A model generated the notes under the pieces. That model had not been told where the DNA came from, ran no database searches, and saw only the letters and a program-made list of their open reading frames with translations. Positions 9,840 to 21,487 of a DNA stretch of 64,000 nucleotides are shown piece after piece (positions within the stretch are counted from its first letter, which is position 1; each line of letters opens with the position of its first letter). The stretch covers positions 32,001-96,000 of the forward strand of contig CAVQSP010000011.1 in the NCBI GenBank assembly GCA_963715985.1. The letters are read 5' to 3'. This DNA is from an uncultured Thermoleophilia bacterium (GTDB lineage Bacteria; Actinomycetota; Thermoleophilia; UBA2241). The translations under genes and the position numbers were made by a program.

Positions 9840-11246
9840 GTGGAGCACAAGATCCGCACGAGGCTCGGCGACGGCTCGCTCGTGGAGATGACGGCGGCCG
9901 AGATCCGCGCCGACCTGGAGGCCGGCACCGAGCTCGGCGCGCGGCGCTCCAAGGCCCCCCAGCTCTCCCCCGCCGAGCTCGACCACCTGCTCGACATCTT
10001 CGCCAGCGAGGCCAAGTTCAGCGCCGTCGACATGGGCGACGAGGTGGTGCTCAGCTTCGACGGCTCCGGCAACCTCGACTGCGGCACACGCGTCGACGAG
10101 CTGTACAGCTACCAGAGCCATCGCGGCGCCGACATGCTCGAGCTGTTCGGCATCGACTACTCGTACAAGGCCGTCAAGACCATCCTGAGCTTCGAGGCGC
10201 AGTGGATGAAGACGGCCCAGCTCAACCTCATCGCGCCGCTGCAGTACGGCGCGATGCCCGACCTGGGCCGCTACTCCATGCCCGACGGGCCCATCCCCAA
10301 CTGGTCGGAGCTCATGCCGCTCGGCAGGATCGCCGAGGCCCGCGACGCGCAGGTGGCCGCCATCGAGCACGCCGTGGCCGACATGGTGTACGTGGCCGAG
10401 GGCATGTGGGAGGCCGGCGCCGACGGCCTCGACTTCGACACGGCCGGGGCCGCCGGCGACGGCGACTTCCTGGCGGCCCTCACGGCGATCGAGACCATCA
10501 AGGGCCGCTACCCGGACTGCGGCATCGAGCTCGGCATGGCCAGCGAGTACGTGCTCGGCATGCACGGCGAGCTCACCTACAAGGGCCGCCGGCTCGCCGG
10601 GATGTGGCCCGTCGAGCAGCTCAAGGTCGCGCAGGAGGCCGGCGCCACCATGTTCGGGCCGGCCGTCAACGTGAACACCACGAAGAGCGTGGCCTGGAAC
10701 GTGGCCCGCGCCTGCACCATCATCAAGCCCTGCATGGACGTCGCCGAGATCCCCGTGCACCCCAACGTGGGCATGGGCGTGGGCGGCGTGCCGATGAGCC
10801 CCTACCCCCCTGCCGATGCCGTCTCGCGCGTCTCGCGGGCCCTCGTGGACATCCTCGGCTGCGACGGCTTGTAGGTGGGCGTGGGCGACCCTCTGGGCAT
10901 GGCGTGCACGCACGCGCTGGCCTCGGGCATGGGTGGCATGCGGACCGCCGGAGATCTGGTGGGCCGCATGCAGATGACCCGGGGCATGCGCCTCAAGGAC
11001 GCCAAAGCCCACGTGGCGGGCAAGCTCGGCTGCGCCGTGGCCGACCTCGCCGACCCTATCGCCATGCACGACCTGCGCCGCGACTTCGGCCTCGGCCGCA
11101 TCACGGTGCAGGAGCTCACGTACCCCGGCCACGCGGGGGCCATGGAGGCCAAGTTCCGCATCGCCGAGGTGCTCGACGTACCGATCAACAGCGTGGACCG
11201 CTTCGCGGCCCACGCCGGCTTGACCCCGACGGGAGGACGAGAGTGA
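9840..11246 (+). CDS. mtbB: pyrrolysine-containing MtbB-like dimethylamine methyltransferase (TAG 10872-10874)
   Basis: ORFs 9840..10874 and 10875..11246 are in frame: [40 protein letters not shown]. Confidence 0.92.
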
Positions 11247-12713
11247 AACGCAACCTGCAGGCAGGCGGCCTGCGCAGCCGCGGGCTCAGCGTCAACGTGT
11301 TCACGGAGGCGGAGCTCGACGACATCCACCTCGCCACCCTCGAGGTGCTGGAGCGCACCGGCATCTTCGTGGAGGCCGACGAGGCGCTGGACATCTTCAA
11401 GGACGGCGGCTGCCTCGTCGACCGCGAGCAGCGCGTGGTGCGCATCCCGCCGCACATCGTGGAGGACGCCATCCGCTCCGCGCCCAGCAAGTACGTGCTC
11501 GCCGGGCGCGACCCGAAGAACGACTTCGTCATGGAGCCGGGCCGCGTGGCCTTCACCAACTTCAGCGAGGGCATCAGCGTCATCGACACGGAGACCGGCG
11601 AGCACCGCGACTCCACGCTGGCCGACGTGGCCGACATCGCCCGCCTCAACGACTACCTGCCGCAGTTCGACACGCACGAGATCGCCGTGGGCGCCACGTG
11701 ACGTGCCGCCGGCCACCGCCGCCGTGCACAACACCGAGGCGCAGCTGCTCAACACCACCAAGCCCATCGGCATCGGCCCGCTCTCGGGCCTCGAGTGCCG
11801 GGCCATCCTGCGCATGTGCGCGGAGGTGGCGGGCGGTGACGACGAGCTCCGCGCCCGCCCCATCGTGTACGGCGGCGTATGCCCGGTGAGCCCGCTCAAG
11901 CTGCCGCGCGACGCCACCGAGGTCATCATCGAGTGCTCGCGCTGGTGGATCCCGGACAACATCCTCAGCATGGCCATGTCCGGCGGGTCCAGCCCGGTGA
12001 CGCTGGCCGGCACGCTCGTGGTGCACAACGCCGAGGTGCTCAGCGGCATCGTGCTGGCGCAGCTCACCGAGCGCGGCTGCCCGATGATGTACGGCAGCTC
12101 GACCACGGCCATGGACCTCAAGCTCGCGGCGGCCAGCGTCGGCTCGCCGGAGATCTGCCTGATCAGCGCCGCGGTGGCGCAGATGGCGCGGCGCTACTCG
12201 ATCCCGAGCTTCGTGGCCGGCTTGTAGGCGGACGGCAAGCTCGGTGACGCGCAGACCGGTCACGAGAAGACCCTCACCGGACTCACGGCAGCGTTGGCAG
12301 GGGCCAACCTGATCTACGGTGCGGGGATGATCGAGTCGGGCGTCACCTTCGACTGTGCCCAGTTCGTCATGGACAACGAGATCGCGCGCATGATCAAGAT
12401 GGTCGTGGGCGGCATCCGCGTGGACGACGAGAGCCTGGCCGTGGACGACATCCACGCCGTGGGCCCCTTCGGCGACTTCCTCTCGCTGGACTCCACGTAC
12501 AAGCATATGCGCGACCTCAGCCAGCCGGAGATCCTGGACCGGCGCACGCGTGAAGACTGGGAGGCGCGCGGCTCCACCGACCTGTACACGCAGGCGAGAG
12601 AGAAGGCGCGGGACATCCTGCGCGAGCACCACCCGGAGCCGCTGCCGGACGACGTCGCGGCGCGCATCCATGCCATCGTCGAGGAGACCGACCGCGCCGC
12701 CGGCGTGGCCTGA
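11243..12713 (+). CDS. mttB: pyrrolysine-containing trimethylamine methyltransferase MttB (TAG 12225-12227); 1-nt frameshift near 11698
   Basis: GTG 11243 after GGGAGG RBS. IHLATLEVLE, CPVSPL and PVTLAGTLVVHNAEVLSG motifs; PSFVAGL-TAG-ADGKLGDAQTGHEKT...AGANLIYGAGM is in frame. Confidence 0.9.
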
Positions 12714-12726
12714 GGAGGTCGCACGC

Positions 12727-14341
12727 ATGTCCACTGAGGCACAGGTCCAGGCTGCCGCGAGCAGCCACGCGCTCGACCTCGAGCGCAAGAAGCTCAAGAA
12801 GGTGCTGCACCGCTTCGACCTCGTCTTCTTCACGATCGCCGCCTTCATCAGCCTCGACACCATCGCGGTCACCGCGGCGTACGGCGTCGGCGAGACGTTC
12901 TTCTGGCTGGCCTTCCTGATCATCGTCTACCTGATCCCCTACGGTATGATCATCGCCGAGATGGGCTCGGCCTTCCCGGTCGAAGGTGGGCCCTACGCGT
13001 GGGTCCGCATGGCCTTCGGGCGCCTGGCCGGCCTCGTACACTGCGGTCATCTACTGGGGCTCGAACCCCGTGTGGATCGGCGGCACGCTGGCGGCGACCT
13101 CAGTGGCGGCCATCAACAGCCTGATCGTCCTCGACGATCCGATGAGCACGCGGCTGGTCCATCGTCGTCGGTCTCGCCGTCGTCTGGGTGACGGTCATGC
13201 TGTCGATGATCGAGATGAAGTACGGCAAGTGGACCGGCATCATCGGCACCATCGTCCGCCTGCTCACCCTGTTCATCTTCCTCGCCCTCGTCGTCGTCTT
13301 CCTCGTGCAGCACGGCAAGCCCGAGGGGACGATCACGGTCGCCAGCCTGAAGCCGACACTCCTGGGGTTCCTGGCCGTCATCGGCCTGCTGCAGTTCATG
13401 TTCGTCGGCTTCGAGCTGTCCAGCGGCGCGGCCGAGGAGATGACGAATCCTCAGAAGGACGTCCCCAAGATGATCCTCCGCTCGGGCCTGATCGCCGCCG
13501 CCATCACCGGCTCGATGATCCTCGGGGTGCTGCTCGTCATGAACGGCGACGCGCTCTCGAGCGTGGCCGGCTTCACCGACGCCTACAACTCGGTGGCCAG
13601 CGTGCTGGGCGGCGCCCAGACGGCGTTCAACTGGTTCATCTGCGCGCTCATCATCCTCACCATCATCAGCGCCGGCGGCGTGTGGCAGCAGGGCGGCGTG
13701 CGCATCCAGGCCATGGCCGGCCTGGACGGCGCGGCGCCTCTGTGGTTCGGCAAGTTCAGCAAGCAGGGCACGCCGCTCACCATGAACATCCTCTCGGCGA
13801 TCATCGGCTCCATCTTCGTGGTGCTCGTGTTCCTCGTCGCCGAGGGCAGCCTCGCGACCTTCTTCGCCATCATGGTCTCGGTGATCATCTCGCTCACGGC
13901 AATGATGTACATCTTCCAGTTCCCGGCGGTGATCATGCTGCGCAAGAAGTACCCGGACCATCCGCGGCCGTTCCGCGTTCCCGGCGGGCCGGGTTCCTGT
14001 GGCTCTGCGTCATCGGCGCCGAGACCATCGTCATCATCACCATCATCACGCTGCTGTGGCCGGGCCTGCTCGACAACGCCCTCGGGCAGCCGTACAGCAT
14101 CAGGACTACTGGTGGGGCGTGTCCCGCGCCTACTTCGAGACCGTCGACGCTGGGCATCGTCGGGCTTCTTCCTGCTGATGGCGGTCGTCGTTCTGGGCCA
14201 TCGGCAAGCGCAACATCAGGAAGGGGCTGGTAGGCGAGTACGACCTGCTGGCGATCGACAGCGAAGCGGTGGCCGAGGAGCGCAAGTACGAGGCCAGACG
14301 CATCCTCACCATCATCACGAGCCGAGGGGGAGAAGGCGTGA
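12727..14341 (+). CDS. APC-family amino acid/amine permease, multiple frameshifts; 3' end approximate
   Basis: AEMGSAFPVEGGPYAWVRMAFG, FVGFELSSGAAEEMTNPQKDVPK and LRKKYPDHPRPFRVPGG with many TM segments across frames; GAGGAGG RBS. Confidence 0.85.
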
Positions 14342-15800
14342 GCGGTCCGCAGCGCCAGGCCTCTGGCACCCATCCGCTCCGACTTCGCGTGGCAGTTCCA
14401 CGACGAGGCGCAGCTCGCGCCGCTGCACGACGCCACCCTGCGGCTGCTGGAGACGACCGGCATGCGCTTCGAGTCGCCGAAGGCGCTCGAGATCCTCAAG
14501 AAGTGCCGGCGCGCCAGGCGGACGAGGGCGCTGACCGCGTCCGTCTCCCTCGCCGGCTCGTCGAGGAGACGCTCGCCCAGGCGCCGCGGCAGTTCACGCT
14601 CGGCGCCCGGCGACGCCTCCTGCGACCTGCAGGTCGGCTCCGGCTTCACCTACGGCACCACCGACGGCTGCGGCGTCGAGGTCGTCGACTGGCGCACCGG
14701 CGAGCGCCGCTCGTCGACCAAGGCCGACCTCGAGGCGGTCACGCGCATGCAGGACTGCCTCGGCTCGATCAGCTACTGGTGGCCGACGGTCAGCGCCGGC
14801 GACTGCGGTGAGACGGCGCAGCTGCACGAGATCGAGGCGGGCTGGAACAACACGAGCAAGCACCTGATGGGGATGGTGCAGGGCGAGACGCTCGCCCGCG
14901 CGGCCGTCGAGATGGCGACGCGCGGTGGCCGGCGGGGCCGAAGAGCTCCGCCGCCGGCCGGTCATGAGCGACCTCATCGGCACCGTGTCACCGCTGCTGC
15001 ACGACAGGGACGGCATCGAGGCCGGCCTGGTCTTCGCCGAGGCCGGCATCCCTGTCTGCTATGTCACGATGCCGAACCTCGGCACGACCGCTCCGGCCAC
15101 CAAGGCCGGCGCCTTCGTGCTCGGCGCCGCCGAGATCGTCGCCGCCGCGGTGCTGCACGAGCTCGCCGCTCCGGGCAGCCCGGTCATCGGCTCCGTCATG
15201 CAGATCTACGCCGACCCGCGCACGGCGCTCACCATGACGTCGCCGCTCGACGACCGCTGCCGCTTTCTCGCGACAGAGCTGCTGCACAGCTTCGGGCTGC
15301 CGGCGCTCGGCCCCTTCGGCGGCACCGACGCGGACATGCCGGGCACCTGGCTCGCCGGGGTCGAGACGATGCTGCAGCTGCTGCAGCTCCCGCTCGACGG
15401 CTGCGAGCTCTACACCGGCATCGGACTCACCAACACGTACCAGCTGTTCACCCCCGAGAACCTCATCCTCGACGACGACCTCTACCATCGCGCCAGGCAC
15501 GCGTTCCTCGACATCCCGATGGACGAGGAAGCGCTCGCGCTCGACGTGATCGACGCCGTCGGCCCCGGCGGGCACTTCCTCGCCCAGCCGCACACACGCC
15601 GCCACATGCGCGACGCGGTCGTGCGCGCGGTCAGCCAGGAGATCGCGGAGGACGGGCAGCACTACCGGGATCCCGTGGAAGTGGCGCGCGAGCGCGCCCT
15701 CGACATCCTCGCCAACTACACGCCCGAGCCGCTGGACGACGACGTGCGCCAGGAACTGCGAAGCATCGTGGACGCCGTGGACAGCGAGGCGCGCGCGTAA
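14338..15800 (+). CDS. Pyl-free MttB-family methyltransferase, several frameshifts
   Basis: GTG 14338 after GGAG; fragments 14462 onward and 14925..15800 closely parallel the 7358-8830 domain; LPALGPFGGTD at the Pyl-equivalent site, no TAG. Confidence 0.85.
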
Positions 15801-15842
15801 CTGCCGGGTGACGCGCGCCCCACAGGCCGCGAGATCCGTACG

Positions 15843-15884
15843 CGCGACGGGCGGGGCGGCCCATGGCCGCCCCGCCCGTCGCGC
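15843..15884. terminator. hairpin between convergent genes
   Basis: GCGACGGGCGGGGCGGCC-CAT-GGCCGCCCCGCCCGTCGC. Confidence 0.55.
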
Positions 15885-15886
15885 TC

Positions 15887-16696
15887 CTACTCCAGGAGCA
15901 TGCGGTCGACGGCGAACGCCTCGCCGGCGACCTCGTGGAACTTCTCGATGAGGTCGCCCACCTGCAGGCGACCCTTCTGCTCGTCGTCGAGGTCGAGGAC
16001 GATGCGGCCGGCGTGCATCATGATGAGGCGGTCGCCGAAGCGCAGGGCCAGCTCCATGTTGTGCGTGACCATGAGCGTCGTGAGCCCGCGCTCGATGACG
16101 ATGGTGGCGGTGAGGTCCATGATGGTGGCCGCCACCTTGGGGTCCAGCGCGGCCGTGTGCTCGTCGAGGAGCAGCAGGCTCGGCTCGGCGACCGTGGCCA
16201 TGAGCAGCGACATCGCCTGGCGCTGCCCGCCGGAGAGCTTGTTGACGTGCGTCTTGAGGCGGCCCTCCAGCCCCATCCCCAGCCTCGACAGCTGCCCGCG
16301 CATGACCTCGCGTCGCTTGTTGGTGACGCCCAGGCGCAGCCCGCTGCGCTTGCTGCGCAGCAGCGACAGCGCGAGGTTCTCCTCGATGGTCATGTCCGGC
16401 GCGGTGCCGGCGCGCGGGTCCTGAAAGACGCGGCCGACGGTGCGGCTGCGGACGTACTCGCGCTGCTTCGTCACGTCGGTGGAGCCCAGGATCACACTGC
16501 CGTTCGTGACCGGGAAGGTGCCGGCGACGGCGTTGAGCAGTGTGGACTTGCCAGAACCGTTCGAGCCGATGATGCTCACGAACTGGCCGGCCGGCACCTC
16601 GAGGTCGATGCCGCCCAGAGCGACCACCTCGTTGGCGGTGCCGGGATAGAAGACCTTGCGCAGGCCACGCAGTTCCAGCGGGGCCGGGACGCTCAC
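15887..16696 (-). CDS. ABC transporter ATP-binding protein
   Basis: GSNGSGKS, LSGGQRQ, LLLLDEHTAALDP; GTG start overlaps the permease stop. Confidence 0.93.
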   Translation of the reverse strand: MSVPAPLELRGLRKVFYPGTANEVVALGGIDLEVPAGQFVSIIGSNGSGKSTLLNAVAGTFPVTNGSVILGSTDVTKQREYVRSRTVGRVFQDPRAGTAPDMTIEENLALSLLRSKRSGLRLGVTNKRREVMRGQLSRLGMGLEGRLKTHVNKLSGGQRQAMSLLMATVAEPSLLLLDEHTAALDPKVAATIMDLTATIVIERGLTTLMVTHNMELALRFGDRLIMMHAGRIVLDLDDEQKGRLQVGDLIEKFHEVAGEAFAVDRMLLE

Positions 16697-17592
16697 GTCC
16701 GCACCACCTTCTGGCGGATCGTCGGCACCGAGAGCGCGACCACCACGAGCGCCGCGGTGAGCAGCTTGAGGTCGGTGGGGGCGATGCCGAAACGCAGGCT
16801 CACGGCGATCAGCAGGCGGTAGACGATAGAGCCGCCGATGACGCTGAACAGCACCCAGCTGATGCTGCGCGCGCCGAAGATGACCTCGCCCATGATGACG
16901 CCGGCGAGCCCGGCCACGATGGTGCCGATGCCCATGCCGATGTCGGCGAACCCTTGCTGCTGCGCCACCAGCGAGCCGGTCAGCGCCACGAGGGCGTTGG
17001 CGAGGCCGAGGCCGATGATGCGCGTCAGCTGTGTGTTGGTGCCCATGGCGCGGATCATCTGCTCGTTGTCGCCGGTCGCCTGCAACGTGAGCCCGAACTC
17101 GGTGTGCAAGAACCAGTCGAGCAGGTACTTGATGATCAGGGCGAGCGCCGCCAAAGCGAGGATGAGGTTCCACGAGATCATCGTGGCCGAGAGAAAGTCC
17201 CCGACCTTCTCGAACACGCCGTCCACGCCCAGCAGCGGGATGTTGCTGCGCCCCATGATGCGCAGGTTGACGGTGTAGAGGGCCGTCATCGTGAGGATGC
17301 CGGCGAGAAGCTTCGGGCCGTAGTTGGAGTCCGAGTTGCCCGACTTGAGCAGGAAGTGCAGGAAGCCCGTGACGCAGCCCGCGCAGAGTCCGGCAAGCAC
17401 GCCTGCGGCAGTCGCGGCGAACGGCGAGTAGCCGTTGGTGATGAGGGTGGCCGTGACGGCCGCCCCCAGCGGCAGGCTGCCGTCCACGGTGAGGTCGGGG
17501 AAGTCGAGCACGCGGAACGTGAGGAAGACGCCGAGGACCATGAAGCCGTACAACAGGCCCTGCTCCAGAGCGCTGGTGACTATCACTTGCAC
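16693..17592 (-). CDS. ABC transporter permease (putative aromatic amino acid type)
   Basis: FRVLDFPDLTVDGS, LLAGIL and QQQGFADIGMGIGTIV motifs; hydrophobic. Confidence 0.9.
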   Translation of the reverse strand: MQVIVTSALEQGLLYGFMVLGVFLTFRVLDFPDLTVDGSLPLGAAVTATLITNGYSPFAATAAGVLAGLCAGCVTGFLHFLLKSGNSDSNYGPKLLAGILTMTALYTVNLRIMGRSNIPLLGVDGVFEKVGDFLSATMISWNLILALAALALIIKYLLDWFLHTEFGLTLQATGDNEQMIRAMGTNTQLTRIIGLGLANALVALTGSLVAQQQGFADIGMGIGTIVAGLAGVIMGEVIFGARSISWVLFSVIGGSIVYRLLIAVSLRFGIAPTDLKLLTAALVVVALSVPTIRQKVVRT

Positions 17593-17687
17593 GTGCCGTC
17601 TCTCCTTGTGTCCGGGGCCGGGACCGCTGGTGCGGTCCCGGCCCCGGGAAGTCTATCGCGCCCGCGGCGGGCGCTGCCAGCCGCGGC

Positions 17688-18707
17688 TCAGTACTTGTTG
17701 ACGGCCTTGTCGATGAGGTCCTGCGGGATGGTGACGCCCTGCGCGGCTGCAGCCTTCTCGTTGATCGAGAGCTGCAGGTTCTGGGCGAACTCCACCGGGA
17801 TCTCGGCGATGGGCGTGCCGCTGAGGATCTTGCCGACGATGGCGCCGGTCTGCTTGCCGAGGTCGTAGTAGTCGAAGCCGTAGCAGGCGACGGCGCCGCG
17901 CTTGACGCTGTCGGGGTCGCCGGCCAGCAGCGGGATCTTGTTCTGATTGCACACCTTGATGATGGACTCGAGCGCCGAGACGGCGGTGTTGTCGCCGATC
18001 ACGGCGATGGCGTCGACGCGACCGATCAGGGACTGGGCCGCAGCCTGCACCTCGGCCGAGGTGCCGGCCGGCGCCTTGACGATCGTGAGGCCCATGGAGG
18101 CGGCGTCCTTCTCGGCCTGTGTGACGAGGAAGACCGAGTTCGACTCGCCGGCGTTGTACACCATGCCCACGTTCTTGGCGTCGGGGCGGAACGTCGTGGC
18201 GAGCTCGAGGATGGGCTTGACCGGCTGCATGTCGCTGACGCCGGTGATGTTGCCCGACGGCGCATTGACATCGGTGACGAGGCCGGCGCCGACCGGGTCG
18301 GTGACGGCGGTGAACACGATGGGCCTGTCCGTGATGGCCTTGGCGAGAGCCTGGGAGGTCGGCGTCGCGACGCCGATGGCGATGTCGAGGTCATCGCCGG
18401 CGAACTTCTGCGCGATGCTGGCGGTGGTCGCCATGTCGCCCTCGGCGTTCTGCAGATCGTACGAGATGTTGGTGAAGCCTTCAGCGGTGAGCTCGTCCTT
18501 GATGCCGTTGACGGTCGCGTCCAGGGCGGGGTGCGTGACGATCTGGCTGATGCCGACGTTGAACGCCTGGGCCTTGTCGACCGCGGTGGGGCTGGGACTT
18601 GTCGAGGTCTCTGAGGTGCTCTCCTCGCTGCCACAGGCGGCCAGGGCGAAGGCGGCAAGCGCGACCACGAGTGCGAGCACCGCGAGCGTTCTGAAATGGC
18701 GGAGCAT
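17688..18707 (-). CDS. ABC transporter substrate-binding lipoprotein (ABC_sub_bind type)
   Basis: Lipobox LAAC; QIVTHPALD, VFTAVTDPVGAGLV and NITGVSD. Confidence 0.92.
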   Translation of the reverse strand: MLRHFRTLAVLALVVALAAFALAACGSEESTSETSTSPSPTAVDKAQAFNVGISQIVTHPALDATVNGIKDELTAEGFTNISYDLQNAEGDMATTASIAQKFAGDDLDIAIGVATPTSQALAKAITDRPIVFTAVTDPVGAGLVTDVNAPSGNITGVSDMQPVKPILELATTFRPDAKNVGMVYNAGESNSVFLVTQAEKDAASMGLTIVKAPAGTSAEVQAAAQSLIGRVDAIAVIGDNTAVSALESIIKVCNQNKIPLLAGDPDSVKRGAVACYGFDYYDLGKQTGAIVGKILSGTPIAEIPVEFAQNLQLSINEKAAAAQGVTIPQDLIDKAVNKY

Positions 18708-18876
18708 CTTTCTCCTTTCGAGTGCGAAGTAAGTGGAGCATTCTAGTTCTCACTACGGCGGAGTGACAAGCGCGAGTTCCGCAACGGCGTCCCCGTTTGC
18801 CCACGCGGTGTTCCGGGCCACCACAGGTGCGAGAGCTTTTGATACGACGCGCGGGAGCTGGGGGAAGGGGGCTGTT

Positions 18877-19800
18877 ATGGACATCGACCCGGTGTTCGTG
18901 GCCGAGCGCATCGAGACGTTCATCCGCGAAAGCGTGGACGAGTTCCAGCGAGATGGAGTCGTCATCGGCATGAGCGGCGGCATCGACTCGGCCGTGGTGG
19001 GCACGCTCCTCACGCGTGCCCTCGGGCCGGACCGCGTGCTCGCGCTGCTCCTGCCCGAGCGCGACTCGAGCCCGCGCAGCAAGACCGACGCCCTCCGCGA
19101 GATCGAGCGCCTGGGCCTTGCCTGGCGCGAGATCGACCTCACGCCGATGCTCACCGCGGCAGGCATCTACGACCTCCTGCCGCTCAGGCTGCTCGGTACG
19201 CGCCGTATCAAGGAGAGCGTGGTGCGGTGGGAGCTCCGCACGCGGACCAAGGCGATGGGCGAGACACCGTTTCGCCGGGCTCTGCTGGGCACCAGAGGCC
19301 TGGGCAAGGAGCAGCGCATCGTCGATGCGGGTCACGCCTATGCGCGTGTCAAGCACCGCGCTCGCATGCTGGAGCTGTACTACGTGGCCGACCTCGAGAA
19401 CCGCCTCGTGGTCGGTACGACGAACCGTAGCGAAGCCATGACCGGGTTCGTCGTGAAGTGGGGCGACAACGTCGCCGACATCGAGCCCCTCGTCCCGCTG
19501 TACAAGACGCAGGTCAGGCAGCTCGCCGCATACCTCGGCGTGTCCGACGAGCTCATCCGCAAGCCGCCCACCCCGGACCTGTTGCCCGGCATAGACGACG
19601 AGGACGCGCTCGGCATCGACTACGAGACGCTGGACATCATCCTCGAACGTCTCGAGCTCGGGTGGGACGCCGCACGCGTGGTGCAGGAGTGCGGCGTCTC
19701 CGCCTCCCAGGTCGACCACGTCGCGGAGATGGTGCGCCGCTCGCGGCACCTGCGTGAGCTCCCGCCGCATCCGGACCTCGAGACGGGCAGGCCCGTCTGA
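18877..19800 (+). CDS. nadE: NH3-dependent NAD+ synthetase
   Basis: GMSGGIDSAV, VGTTNRSE, GFVVKWGD, LYKTQVRQLA and KPPTPDL. Confidence 0.88.
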   Translation: MDIDPVFVAERIETFIRESVDEFQRDGVVIGMSGGIDSAVVGTLLTRALGPDRVLALLLPERDSSPRSKTDALREIERLGLAWREIDLTPMLTAAGIYDLLPLRLLGTRRIKESVVRWELRTRTKAMGETPFRRALLGTRGLGKEQRIVDAGHAYARVKHRARMLELYYVADLENRLVVGTTNRSEAMTGFVVKWGDNVADIEPLVPLYKTQVRQLAAYLGVSDELIRKPPTPDLLPGIDDEDALGIDYETLDIILERLELGWDAARVVQECGVSASQVDHVAEMVRRSRHLRELPPHPDLETGRPV

Positions 19801-19813
19801 GCCGCCGCGTACG

Positions 19814-19855
19814 CGACGGGGGCGGGCGCCGCTCCTGCGGCGCCCGCCCCCGTCG
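19814..19855. terminator. hairpin between convergent nadE and mtbB
   Basis: CGACGGGGGCGGGCGCCGC-TCCT-GCGGCGCCCGCCCCCGTCG perfect stem. Confidence 0.6.
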
Positions 19856-19878
19856 GGCCGAACCGGTGTCTCGAGATG

Positions 19879-21270
19879 CTACAGCTGCGCACGCTCCTTG
19901 AAGAGCTCCACGCAGTTGATGGGGATGTCGAGCGTGCGCGCGATGTTGAACTTGGCCTCCATCATGCCGGCCTCGGACGGGTGCGCCGTCGAGGTCATGG
20001 CGATGACGCCGAGACCCTTGTCGCGGCGGATGGTCTCCATCGCCACGGGGTCGCTGAGGTCGCGCGTGGTGCAGCCGAGCTTGCCGGCCACGTACTGCTT
20101 GGCTTCCTTGAGTCGCATGCGCCTGGTCATCTGCATGCGGGCCACCAGATCTCCGGCTGCCCGCATCCCGCCCATGCCGGACGCTTGCGCGTGGGCACCC
20201 TCCATACCGAGAGGGTCGCCCGTACCCGCCTAGAACCCGTCGATCTTGAGGATCTCGACGAAGGCTTTGGATGCCCGGCTGGTGGCGTCGGCCGGCGGGT
20301 AGACGCAGTTCGGCACGCCGCCGACGCCCATGCCCACGTTGACGTGCACGGGGATCTCGGCGATCTCCATGGCCGGCTTGATGAACGTGATGGCGCGGGC
20401 GATGTTCCACGCCGTCGAGCGCCCTGAATTGATGTTGACGGCCGGCCCGTAGACGCTGGCGCCGGCCTGCTGGACCATGCGCAGCTGGTCCTTGGGCCAC
20501 ATGCCGGCCAGACGGTCACCGTCGTACGTGAGCTGTCCGTGCATGCCCAGCACGAACTCGCTGGCCATGCCGATCTCGATACCTAGCCAGGGGTACTTGT
20601 CACGGAGCGTGCGGCAGGCGGTGAGGGCGGCCAGGAAGTCGGCGTCGCCGGCCGCCCCGGTGGTGTCCATGTCCACGCCGTCAGTGCCGGCCGCCACCAT
20701 GTGGTCCGCCACGTAGCCGATGTCGTCGACGAGCATCGCCATGGCCGCCTCCTGGGCGCCACGGGCCTCGTCGATCTTGTTCAGCGGCAGGAGCTCGGAC
20801 CAGTTGGGGATCGGGCCGTCGGGCATGGAGTAACGCCCCAGGTCGGGCATCGCGCCGTACTGGATCGGGTTGGTGAGCAGGCTCTGGGCGATCTTCATGC
20901 TCTGGCCCTCGTGCGCCACGTTCACCTTGATGGCCTTGTACGAGTAGTCGATCTGCCAGAGCTCGACCATGTCCACGCCGATGAGCGTCTCGTAGGACTG
21001 CAGGTCCTGCACGCGGTTGCCGATGTGCTTGGTGCCGGTGCCGTCGTTGCTCATCACGACCTCGTCGCCGATGTCCACAGCCGTGAACCGGGCCGGCGAG
21101 GCGTAGATGTCGAGCAGGTGCTCGAGCTCGTCCTGCGTGAGCATCGGGACCTTGGCTCGCTTGGCCGCGAGCTGGGTGCCGTCCTCGAGATCGGCCCTGA
21201 TCTCGGAGCGGGTCATCTCGACCAGCGACCCGTCACCCATGCGCGTGGGGATCTTGGGCTCCACCGCCAT
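19879..21270 (-). CDS. mtbB: pyrrolysine-containing MtbB-like dimethylamine methyltransferase (TAG 20230-20232)
   Basis: GGAGGTG RBS before ATG 21270; [40 protein letters not shown] in frame with ORF 19879..20205. Confidence 0.92.
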
Positions 21271-21487
21271 CACCTCCTGCGTCGTCCGGACCTTCGAGCC
21301 GGTGGCGTCGCGAGTGAGCCAGGTCGCCCGGTAGCGGGCGCGCGTCGGGGCCACACGTGGTCCGGGGATCCTCCGCGGGCAACTGTACAGCAGAGCCCGA
21401 CGGGCGTGCCACCGTGGGCGGCGGCGCCGGGGCGGACGCAGAGGCAGGCCCTGGCAGCCGTAAGCCGGCGACCAGGTGACGGACGGC

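Noticed and set aside
11699-11701. TGA inside mttB as possible selenocysteine
   Set aside because: The homologous sequence continues in a different frame (from 11703), so this is a 1-nt frameshift, not read-through.
14269-14400. Apparent permease-MttB fusion
   Set aside because: The region is dense with indels, and an RBS plus GTGA overlap at 14338-14341 fits two coupled genes.
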